A DNA stretch of 64,000 nucleotides from positions 992,001 to 1,056,000 of the forward strand of contig LSRY02000033.1 in NCBI GenBank assembly GCA_001643675.2. Reading direction: 5' to 3'. The DNA is from Monocercomonoides exilis PA203. Taxonomy: Eukaryota; Protista; Preaxostyla. This document shows positions 47,849-59,120 of the stretch, piece by piece. Below the pieces are notes generated by a model, which was not told the DNA's origin, searched no databases, and worked only from the letters and a program-made list of their open reading frames with translations. Made by a program: the position numbers and the translations under genes. The first letter of the stretch is position 1; every line of letters begins with the position of its first letter.

Positions 47849-48501
47849 GGGGTGAATTTTCCATATTTAGAATAATTTTTTTTTTATGAAAAAATTAAAT
47901 TTACGAAAATATTTTGGTTATGATCAAAAGTATTTTCGAAAATTTTTTGTTTGAAAATTGAACGATTTTTGGAAATTTCATTATTTGGTAAAACTTAATT
48001 TGTTAAAAAAAAACTTTCGATTCAAATGAAGTGAATTAAAGAAGTTTGAAGTTCATATTTGAATGTTTTGTAAACTTTTTAGTTATAAAATGAAGTGAAA
48101 ATGAACTTCTCGGGTTTCGTTCTGCTTTAGGGTTTTCCTTCGAATCGAAATATTAGGTTTAAAGGTTTGCATTTTATTTTTATTCATTTTTTTATTAATA
48201 GGGTTAAGGTTTCAATCAAAAAACACTTTTTCACACATCAAAAACGTGTGTTTCAATGATTGAGCAAGATGAAAGGTGAAAATAATAAATATAAAAATGA
48301 ATTGAGAACTTTTGTGATTTTCTTTTTATATAATAAAAAAGGAAAGCTTAGAATTATATAAAATTTATTAAAATAATTCTTTATTAAAGTTGGTTTCATT
48401 TTAAATAATCAGTAATAAGTTTGATCAAAACCATAATACTTTCGAAAATTTGATTATTTTCATTAAAAAAAAAATTATTCTAAATATGGAAAATTCACCC
48501 C
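47849..48501. mobile_element. MITE, 653 bp, GGGGTG termini, TA TSD, set in a mirrored 85-bp flank (47762-47846 / 48504-48588)
   Basis: TA|GGGGTGAATTTTCCATATTTAGAATAATT ... AATTATTCTAAATATGGAAAATTCACCCC|TA. The TIR degenerates inward after ~36 bp. Confidence 0.75.
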
Positions 48502-48809
48502 TAGCATGTTTTACTATTTGATATTAAATCATTCTATCACAAAAAATCCGAAAAAAAACGAGTTTCTGAATGTTACTTAAAGTTGTGATTAACCATGAAT
48601 AGTACTTTATATTGTGTATTTTCTAGAAAAATCTTCAAAAATATCAACAATGGTGTTTTGAAGAAACAATAATTCCAAGAGGATGATTTTTTTTCATTGA
48701 TAGATTACAGATAATAAACAATGATAATCATTTTCCCCAAAATTCATCACTTATAAAACTTTATTTTTTATGCAGTTATTGATCTTTTATTTCATTATCA
48801 ATTCGAACA

Positions 48810-51800
48810 ATGAACTCATTTCTTATTATTTTGACTTGTTTCCATATATGCATTTCCTCTAAGTTCATTGGTGCTGGGATTCGAACATATACATCAGCAT
48901 CAGAAGTTATTTTTGTCTCTGAGAAAGGAGACGATTATCTTCAGGATTGCGGAACAGAAAGGGATCCATGCAAAACAATAGGAAAGGGAATAGAGCAAAT
49001 GAAAAAGGGGCGCGAAGCAAAAACTTTAAAGATTGTTGATTCTGCAGAAATACCTTATGGATTTTTATTTAACAAAGATTTCAGCTTAACATTAACAACG
49101 GTGTCAAAACAAAGAATTCAACGAAATATTTCATTTAAATTGAAAGAGTTGGCGGAGAAAGGAAAATTTCATATGATTAATGAAAAAACCTTGAAACTCG
49201 AACATTTGAAGTTCGATCTTAATCTTTATAAGGCAAAGCAATTTTCATCTAAAGGTGTTGAAGAAGAATCAGCAATTATTCTTTCAAAAGGAGCTCAAGG
49301 GGATCTGACTATAAGAGATTGTGATATGAGAATTAATGAACGGACAGATGACTACACCACATTTTCGTTTTTGAGAATAACTGATGGGAAAATCTTGATT
49401 GACGAACTTGAGTTCTTGTCAGACTATTATTATCAAAACAAAGCAAATTAACTGCATATTTCTGAAGGTGTCGTAATATCAAAAATTTATGGATTAACCA
49501 TTTGTGATGCGAAATTGCAAAAAGAATGTGCACTGAAACTTCCATCTTCGTTCACATTAGAGAAAAGCGAAATAAATCAGATGGAACGGAATTCTGATGG
49601 TCCTGCTTTTCTAGAAGCTTGCAGTTGTACAGAAGAGAAAGTCATGATTTCTATTTCGAAGTGTTTATTTGATTCAGTGAAATCGCCAAAATCGAAAAAA
49701 GGAAGTTGCATCTATTTTGAGATGTTGCACTCAGAAAGCGTTTTGAATGTTATTGACACAACATTTAAAAATGGAGAGGCTCTCCTGGGCGGAGGGATAA
49801 TGATTGGAGCGACAAAAGGAAAAGTTAAATTGGAGAATGTGGTGTTTTTCCAGTGCAAGGCAATCAGAGATGGCGGAGGGCTGATGATTCATGATTTAAC
49901 ACAGATAGCAGGACTTGAATGCACAAACGTGTCATTTGAAGTGTGTCAAGCAACGAATGGTGGTGGGATTGAAGCAATTTTTGGAGAGGAAAAAATCAAA
50001 GAAGGAGCTATCTTATTTAAGAACTGTTTTTTCAGAAACAATAAAGCATTCCTTAGCGGAGATGATGCGGCAATCATGTGCAAAGGAAATTCACATTTGA
50101 TAAAAACACCTTTTGACGAAAAGTGCTTTAGCACAACAACGAAGAATCTGGTATGTGTTATGAAAAAGGATGGATCATCAGTATTTCACGACGAATGGCT
50201 AAAATTGGTTCATTGAAATTGAACGTTGACGCAAAAAACGGAGCGAACAGCGCAGAATGCGGAAATCAAGAAAAGACTCCATGCAAAACACTGAAACAAG
50301 CGATTGCTAACAGTCTTCCGGAAAGACCATTTTCAATCTACACGACGGAAGAATGCAATAAATATGATACGGAACCAATAACAATCGAAGCATATCACAT
50401 TGAGATCAAAGGCAAAGACGATTGTAGAATTTCACTCACAAATGTATTGGATGAAACGAAAGTGCAGCAGGGAGAGAGTCTATTCAACTTGAAGAAAGGA
50501 GGGTATCTGGAGCTGTGCGGTGCTAAAGTCATTGTGGACACAGCAAGAAAAAGTGGTCGAGACAATGGACTATTTGTATGTGATGGAGAAGATGCAAAAC
50601 TTTGTATTTATCGAGATAATATAACTTCAACTGATTCTAATCAGGCTTTGAACTGCATTTTAATTGAATGCAATTCTGGAGTACTTAATATTTCTCAATC
50701 AATCTTCGAACATTTTTCGTCTGCATGCGCATTTATACTTGCAGCTAATTTAAAAGAGATACATATAAACAATATCGTTCTTGATTCGATTTCAACTACA
50801 AGCGATACCCAATCAGTTTTCACAATTTTGAGCGGATGCCAAAAAATTTATTTGTCTGAAGGAAAAATTTCGAATTGCAACTCAATTGGACATAAAATTG
50901 GAGGGGCTTTGTATGTGGAAATTGGAGACTGCAAAAGTTACAAGATGTTCAATGATTTGAACTTTGCAAACTGCTCATGCAGAAGTGGGCAAGCAAGTTC
51001 GAACAAAAGGTATTTAAGGTCAAATGAAGTATCAAAAGGTGGGGCAATGTATATCAAAGCTACCGACGAAACAACTGAACAATTTTTAGCTTATATTTCA
51101 CAGATGACATTTGCAAACTGCAGTGCAGATAAAGGACAGCACATTTTCATTTCAGTGCCAGTTGGGAGAGAGCAGATTAGCAATGACATGTTTTATCTTG
51201 AGATGAATAATATTTATGGAAAGGAGAATTTAATACTTTTAGAAGAAAGAAAAAATGGAGAAAGAAAAATCATTGATCTCTTGAGCGACGAAGAAAACAG
51301 ATTGCCTTATCATTCATCAACGATCTATGTGGGAGGAGATGAATCAAGCGAAAATAAAGAATGTGGAAGAATGGAAGAACCGTGCGATATGATAAGCACT
51401 GGATTTCATCACGCAATACAAGGTAGTCATTTTATGATGCTGATTAACGGAAGAGTTTGCATGAATGAACCATTAAAAATACTGAGTATTGGAGCGATTT
51501 CGTCGGTATCTGAAACTTCTACGTCTTCAAATTCACCTTTTTCAACGAACCCAAGTTGTGGAACCATTCGCATTGGAGCAAAAATGGAAGCAGGCGCATC
51601 AGATACCGTGTTTGAAATATCATACAATAGTTTGCATTTTAAACACATTGATTTCGAATACCCAGATGCTATCGAAGGAGATGCACTCGATTTGATTTAC
51701 GCAAGAAATAAGTTTCAAATGAATGATGTTGTGTTTCGACCATGGTACACAGGACTTACAGGAGAGAACGTGCTTGGCGGAGAAGGAAAGATGCTTCCTT

Positions 51801-52861
51801 ACAAACTATTTAATTTTTATGATGGATATGTAACCGTTTCGCAACTAGTTATTTACGGAAGAAATGGAAATATAACTGAAAAGTGTCATCATTGTAATAA
51901 TCTAATTCAAAATAATGACAATTTTTTGAAAAAGGGTGAAATAGAACCAAAATTCGGTACAATTGACAGAATTGGAAAAGAGGATAATCCGTTGTGTTTG
52001 TGGGATTCTGGATTATTTTATATAAGAAAGTCAATTGAAGCACACATTGACGATAGCACATTTGCGGATATAAGTGATGGTGCAATTCTTTCTGATTCAT
52101 CTGATCTGAGGATAAGCAATTGCAGTTTCATTAACAACCATCCTACTGGAGAGAATTGGGAGAAATATCATTCGATCCGCCACAGCATCCGCCAATCTGG
52201 AGAAGAAATCAGGTGTAACACTCAGTTGGATTCCTTGACACCTGGAAGCGATGGGTTAGATGGAAAGCTGTTTGGAATGATATCTGATATAAAAGCATCT
52301 GGAACAGCTGCTGAGAATATGGATTCATATTTTTTTTCTCCCATTTTGAAAAACGTTACGCTTAAATGGGAAGATTCTAATCAAAAGAATGAACAGCAGA
52401 TCAAAAAAGAAAACAAGAAAGAAATTGAGGCGGTTGTGCATGGATCGTATCTATTTCCTTGTGGACTGACGTTTGAAGCATCCAAAAAAAAGAAAGGAAA
52501 AGAGATGATATGGGCAGATTGCTATATTTCAGAATATTCAAATGAGACATATATGAAAGCGAAGATTCCTTCATATTTGTTTAATGATGATGATTGCACA
52601 TCATTTGCCTTCCGCTTTACATATTCGTATGGAATTATTAGAGCAGAAAAGAAGCGAACAGCAAGTGTGATGGTAATCATACAGAAGAAAGATAAACCAA
52701 ACAAGAACAATTCAAAGAAATTGACGAAAGAACAGCTTTTTGGAATTATTGTTTCTGTAAGTGTGTTTGTTGTTGCTGCTATTGTTACAGTGGTTGCCGT
52801 TACTGTCTGTGTTGTGAGAAAGAATAGAAGACATTACATGACAATAAGAGATTATAAATAA
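48810..52861 (+). pseudogene. Beta-helix-like type I surface protein; nearly intact, with an in-frame TAA (49449) and a frameshift (about 50205)
   Basis: Signal peptide, repeated CG-x4/5-PC motifs, GGG(I/L)/GGA motifs, C-terminal TM and a YMTI tail. ORFs 48810 and 49515 share a frame; ORF 50153 is shifted. Confidence 0.75.
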
Positions 52862-53471
52862 TAGAGAGCTGGATGGAAATGTAAATTGGAATTTATTAGA
52901 GTTTTATTCAAAGAAAGCAAAAAACGTTTATTGCTTTGTAAGTTTTCACATTTTCTTTTGTTTTTTAAGTGCTTTTGTTTATTGACTTTTCAGAGAAGAA
53001 TTATCACAAGCATGGAATTAAATCTCTTAAAAACGAGAGCATTTATTTTTATTTCGCTGTATGGTTCAAAAAGTGTTTAAAGTTTAATTTTTAAAGAAAT
53101 TTTCTCAAATTTTATTGTCATGAAAATATATTTTTTTGTTTGTGTTATTCCTTGTATGAATGCATTTTCATTTGTTTATGATTAAGCGAGTTTCATTTGC
53201 GAAAATGTTTTTTAGTTTTTAAATCTTTTTGTACATCCTCTTTTACAAAAAAAATTTCAAAATTCCTTGGAAAGATTATTTTCTCATTTCGAATATAAAT
53301 CATGATCGAACTTTTTAAGACCATTCATGCACTCGATTTTTGGGGAAAAAAAAAACAGCATTTTAAAATGTGAAGTTAATGCTTTCAAAATATGCTTGAA
53401 AGAAAACATTCAATTTTTTCTAATTTTTAATAAAAAATGAATATATTTCATTTTAAACAGTGAAATGCAAG

Positions 53472-56400
53472 TCATTTTTGCTCAAATGACTTTTGAAAAT
53501 CTTCCAAAATGATTTGCCTATCGTCTTTTTTCAGTTGCTGAAAGAGCATAACGAAAAGGAAAGTAAATTTGAGAATAAAATATAAGCAGAAAGAAATACT
53601 TCAATACACACTCTCAAATCAACAATGCGTAGAAAGTCCAGAGGCTGCCCATCAGGAAACGTGGCAAAAAATGTGCCCACCAGAACATCTAACGGTACGC
53701 TTATTAAACTGCAAATCTTTTTTATTCTTTTGAATCCATTGTCGATGATTTGTTTCAGCCTAAGCAAATGACATACACAAACAATAAACAATACAAATCA
53801 TATAAATGAATCATACATTGCATCAACTGCCTTCTGCCTCTTTGAAGCAACAACAACCAAAATAGCTTTTATCTCTTCGATGTCGCACAGTAGCTGTGCA
53901 GCGGCTTCTTTGCTGAGTCTTTTGATCCCATCAACAATATGGCAGAATCTGTTGATTAGCTCCTTCACAAACAGACTGTAGAACCTCTGCCACCTCCGAT
54001 TGTCCAACGTGGCTTGTATTCTGTCGAGTGATGCTGGCAGTGCTGTGCGAAGTGAATGGATAACAGAAGAGTCGCGCCCAGCCATCGAAGGTGACGGGGC
54101 AGGTGGAGAAGGAGAAGAGGAGGAAGTGAGAGACAAGGTGAATGAGGCAAGGGTGGCGAGAGGACCAGGAAGTGATGAAGTGGATGAAGTGGTTTGCGAC
54201 TGAGATGGAGACGGGAGAGGGTCCTGGATTTTGTCGAGCATCTTCGGAATGGATGAGATGATTGGGTCGAGGCGTGTGAGCACAGCGTATATCAGCCCCA
54301 TCTGTCCAACTGAAATGATCTGTGAGGCCTTTTGCTGAGGCTCTTCAGGTGTAATTGACTTCGCATACTGTGACTCGATGACGCGGCTGATGGTGTCCAC
54401 AAGCTGCTGAGTGGTCTCAAACACATACATTGCTGTATTGATCAACACGCACACACTTTCCAGCTCATTGTCGGTCATTCGAACATCACCAGGAGAAAAA
54501 GGTGGAATGGTTGGAGAGGAAGATAAAGATTGAACACATCTGAAATCACAAAGTCATGATGAAAGAATAAAAAAGATAGAAAAATAATGTATTGATTGAA
54601 AAATACACACTTTGGTAGCTTTAGGAAGTGATTGTCAAGATAAAGCTTAATATTTTTCAGGAAAGCAAATGAAATGTCTGCGAGCGGCTGCCCCGTTGAA
54701 AGGGCTTTTGTGCGAGCATATCCAGTTTTAATTCGCTGGAATAGAAGTGTCGAACTGCTAAGCACAACAACGTCGTCATCTCGTGCTGTTTCATTATCAT
54801 TAATCAATTCGTCATTCAATGCTTTGAGTGACTCGTCTTCTTGCTTGATGAAAAGACCTAAAATAACAGAGATATGAACATATAAGTTATAAATGCAAAA
54901 GAGTAAGTATTCAAAAAAATAGAATGATAATTGAATAAGACAATATTCAAAAAAAAGAACAGACCAAGATGAGGAACAAAGCAAGACGAAATGGCACCTC
55001 TGAAATGAGGAAGATAAGGTGGAATGACAATTTCGCCCATCATTCTTGCTCTCTCTTTCTTTTCTGCTTTTATTCTCATCTTTTCTTTTCTTTGCTCCTC
55101 TTTCTTTCGTTCTTTCTCTGCCTGCCGTCTTTTCTCCCATTTTGCCCTAACTTGCGCGGCAGATGTTGCCGGTGCGTCATCATCCAGCTCATTTTTGTTG
55201 TCTGGCAGAAATTCTTCATCTTCTTCTTCGTCTCTCTTTTTCATTGCAAGCTTTCTCCCACGTGCCGCTCTGGCGCTGAATTCGCCTTCTGCTGTGACTG
55301 TTTTGTTTTTCCCTTTCTCTCTCTTTTGCTCTCTTTCTTGCTCTTCCTCTTTTCTCCTCTCTTTTTCTTTTTGCATTTTACGTCGCTGCCTTCGAGATAC
55401 ACCTTGCAATGCATCATAATTTCCTTCTTCGTCATCGTCAATCTCAATATCTCCTTTCAATGTTCTACTCCTCCGAGAAGGTTCTTCATTTCCATAATCT
55501 GATTCACTATCATCAGAATCAATCTCATCGCTGCTATCTTCTTCATCATCATATTCAATGTGCACAGTCACATCCTTCAAGTACATTTCCAGATCTTCTT
55601 CGAATTCCAATGTTTTCACCATCGTCTTCACAAGAAGCGCAACAACGAGTGTCTTTCCCCTCTGCGCTGAATCCAGAACAGAAGACAGGTCTGAGCGTGT
55701 GATCTCACAAAAGTCAAATGCCAGGTGTGCCTGCATTGACCAGTTTGGCGGGATCAGGCCACGTCTCCTGTCGATGCTTTGAATAACTGCTTTGAACCAG
55801 CTGAAGCGCCCAGGAACATATTTCAGTTCGTTCTTCGGACCTCCAAAGAGATACTCTTTTTGATAAGGAAGAAGATACGATTGGCAAAGACTGTGCGTTA
55901 TTTTTGAGCTGATGTGGAAACAAAAGCCATCCATGAACAAAAATTATTGTTATTTCCTGTTTAAACGAAGAGGTTCAAAATAAGAAATGTTGCGTACCGG
56001 AAATCATCCCCTAAAATTGATACACATTCACAGGCACTTCGCATTCGAGCTATTTCTGTTTCATTTAAAAATAAATCAAGATCTCCAAGTCTTTAAAAAG
56101 CAATTGTTATAAAGAAGTCTTAAATTAATCACATACATCATTATGTCTTTAGAAATTATCCTTTCAAGTAGTTGCTCAATTTCAAACGTTTCATCGACAA
56201 GCTTACGAATTTGAGGAGCTTCATATTGTTCAAATTGACAACATAGAGAAAATGTGATCTGAAATTGAAAAATAAATTCAATATTTTTTCGTCTAACGCG
56301 AATAAACAACATACTGTCAAGTGATCAGGAATTTCTGTGTAAAATCTTCTTTCGACCAACGTTCTCAAAGTCCCGAGACTAGTTGCTGCATGCAAAGAAA

Positions 56401-56908
56401 ACAATATAAATTTGCTGCAATTTTAAAATCGATACGAATGTAAATACCGAAATTTTGCAGATTTTTTAAAGTGGAAATAGTTCGAGAAATATTCTGCTTT
56501 GCATGATCTAACTCACTTATTTCTTTACACAATTGTTGCAACATTTGCTCTGATTCATCGCTTTTATGCTTTATTGCTTCAATTTTCATATTTAGGAGCT
56601 TATGTTATTTTCGCAAACATCTTTATAAAAAAATAAAGAATTTAAGATACCTCAATGGCAGCATGAGCACGCTCAAGTTGTTCTTTTCCTTGCGATCGAG
56701 AAAGAGATTGCTTTCTTACAGCATCGGACATTTCCGAATCAAGCTGAGTGATGCGTTCTCGCAAGATTGCCACAGTTCGTTCAACTTCCCCGAGCGATTC
56801 TTCAGTTGGAAATGCAGTATTGACGAAATTTATTGGATTGAAATCATTGCTGTCAAGGCTTTCCCAGGAAAGTTGTTTTTCAGAAATTGACATCTTATTA
56901 TGCTGCAT
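53472..56908 (-). CDS. VPS53: Vps53, GARP/EARP tethering complex subunit; multi-exon
   Basis: Motifs SLDSNDFNPINFVNTAFPTEESL, SEQMLQQLCKEISELDHAKQNISRTISTLKNL, RFSWFK, FCEITRSDL, FRGAISSCF, VLSSSTLLF, LINTAMYVFETTQQL and AAQLLCD. Start is ATG 56908 or 56893. Confidence 0.92.
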
Positions 56909-56967
56909 TTGATCAGTTTAATAAAAAAATACTAAAACAATTGTGACATACAAATATAGTCATTGAA

Positions 56968-58775
56968 ATGGAAATCAAACAAAAAGAAATGGATAAGTCT
57001 TGGTGGGCATGCATGATTGCAGGAGGGGCAAGGTTTTATTCTTGTTGCTTATCAGAAAAAAATTCATTCTTGCTTTATATCAGCTCTCGTTTTTTCCCAC
57101 TAAATAAAATTATGTTTGATCCAGTGAAATGTGGACGTACACTGTCTCAGCAAGCTGTAGATCGTCTTTGTGGGCAATACGCCGAGGTTTGTAATTTTTG
57201 TTTTTCACTGCTTTTATTGAACCTTTTCTTAAATAAAGACAACAGTTCCACCACTTGATCCAAAGCAATTCATTGTTGTCACGAGCAAAGCGTTTGCGCC
57301 AGTTCTTGCACAACACATTCCTGAGATTCCAAGAGACAATTTCATCGGAGAACCTGCACCACGTAGTACTCTTCCAGCAATTCTCTATGCAATGTCCCAC
57401 GTTAAAAAAGTTGATCCAAACGGAACGATGTGTGTTGTGACAGCGGATCATATTATTTCTGACACACAAACTTTTCGTGCAACATTGGAGACAGCTCGTC
57501 AATGTGCTCAACAGAATGATTGCATTGTAACGATTGGAATAAAACCAACAACAAAACCATCAGATTGGATCGGATTTGGAGCAATAAATTCAGTGTTCTC
57601 TTCTCCAATAGAAATTAAAGATAAAAAATATCCACAGTACACAATTTATCCTCTTCGAAGATTTGAAGAGAAACCTTCTGTTGAGAGAGCAGCTCAAATG
57701 ATTCAAGAAAACGAGTCAGCAGCATCATCCACTTCATCTTCAACACCTTCTTCTTCTGTTACATCATCCTCTTCCACTTCTCTTGCTTGGACATGGAATG
57801 CTGGAATGTTTGTATTTCGAGTGCCAACGATGGAAAAAGCACTTCAGCAGTTTCATCCATCAATTTCTGCCAGCTACAATGCTTTGTGTGCTGCTTCCAC
57901 AAAAGAAGAAGAGGAAAAGACATTCCTAACATTCCAGTCGAAGATTCCCAATCCATTGAATCCATCTGCAGTTGTTGACTGCTCTATCGATTATGCTGTA
58001 ATGATGCCTCTCACAACTGAAAGTGTGCTTCGTGCATTCAATTAATTGAGTCTTGTTTTGAGAACAACTTTAATATTATCTTTTGTCGTCTGAATGCTTT
58101 TTATTTTATTTTATTTATTTTTTTATTTCAATTTCGATTGAATTTTTACAAAAATACAATTTTTTTTCAAATTTATTCCTTTTTATTATTCGCCAGCAAG
58201 CACAACTCATTCGTTGTCTGCATGTGTCATTTCTGGAGCCTTTCCTTGGTTTGACGTTGGCGGATGGTCAGCCTTCAGGACCGTTGCAGCGATTCCACAA
58301 GATACACACAGCAACATCAGATTTGGGAATGCTCTTTTGGACGGGGCCACAAAAAGATGCATTTGTGTTGCAGAAGAAGGAAAGAGGAAAATCCAGTTGA
58401 ATGTGCAGAACATTGATGTATGATTTCTGCTTTTGTTTTATTCGAAATTAAGTTGAACAAATTTTCATTATGAAAAAAATAATAATTAAAAAAATCAAAA
58501 ATTTGATGTAGAATCATGTTGTGATTCTTTCGCAGGCGGGGACTCTGGTAATTATTCCAGATGAAATATCGCAAAGACTGAAGCAGCTGAAGGAGACAGC
58601 TGACAAGTCAGAGCCAGGTGCAGACGTGTTTGTGGAGAGCGAAGGCGTCGAGGTCGAAAGAGAAGCAGGAGCTGAATGCCGTGTCTGTGTTCTTGGCATC
58701 AGCCATTTCAAGATTCTTGTCAAAAAGGATCCTGGAAGTGACATTGAGTTGAGTGTCACTGTTGATAAAGCTTAA
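56968..58775 (+). CDS. Mannose-1-phosphate guanylyltransferase, bacterial ManC-type catalytic domain; about 5 exons
   Basis: Spliced product contains MIAGGASSRFFPLNK, IGEPAPRSTLPAI, VVTADHII, WNAGMFVF, SIDYAVM and WFDVGGW. Introns include 57033-57083 (in frame) and 57187-57238. Confidence 0.85.
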
Positions 58776-59120
58776 TTGCCTCCAACTGTTTATTATTTTT
58801 ATTTTTTTAGCACATTTTGTTAGTTATTTTGTCAAATAATTTGGACATTTGTGTTTGGGCGTTTAGAATATTTATCAGTTTCTGGTGGAACTCCACCTTT
58901 TGTATCGAATTGAACAATACCTCTTTCTTTGTATTGTTATAAAAGCAACAAGAAGACAAAGGAATTAAAAAAAAGAAAAAAACAACCAAAAGAAATTAGC
59001 AAATAAATCACTATAAAATGAAAAAAAGGGAGAAAGTTGAGTAAAGAATTCACATTCTGGTTGCCCAGTTGATGAAGTGAAAAGCTGACTTTACTGAAAA
59101 AACGATAGATTTAAAAACAT

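Noticed and set aside
48125-48210. Telomeric TTAGGG-like sequence
   Set aside because: Only isolated, degenerate motifs inside a MITE, not an array.
50151-50168. Intron repairing the frameshift in the surface-protein gene
   Set aside because: GTATGT...AAG spans only 18 nt, well below the 45-nt or longer introns seen here, and as a multiple of three it would not change the frame.
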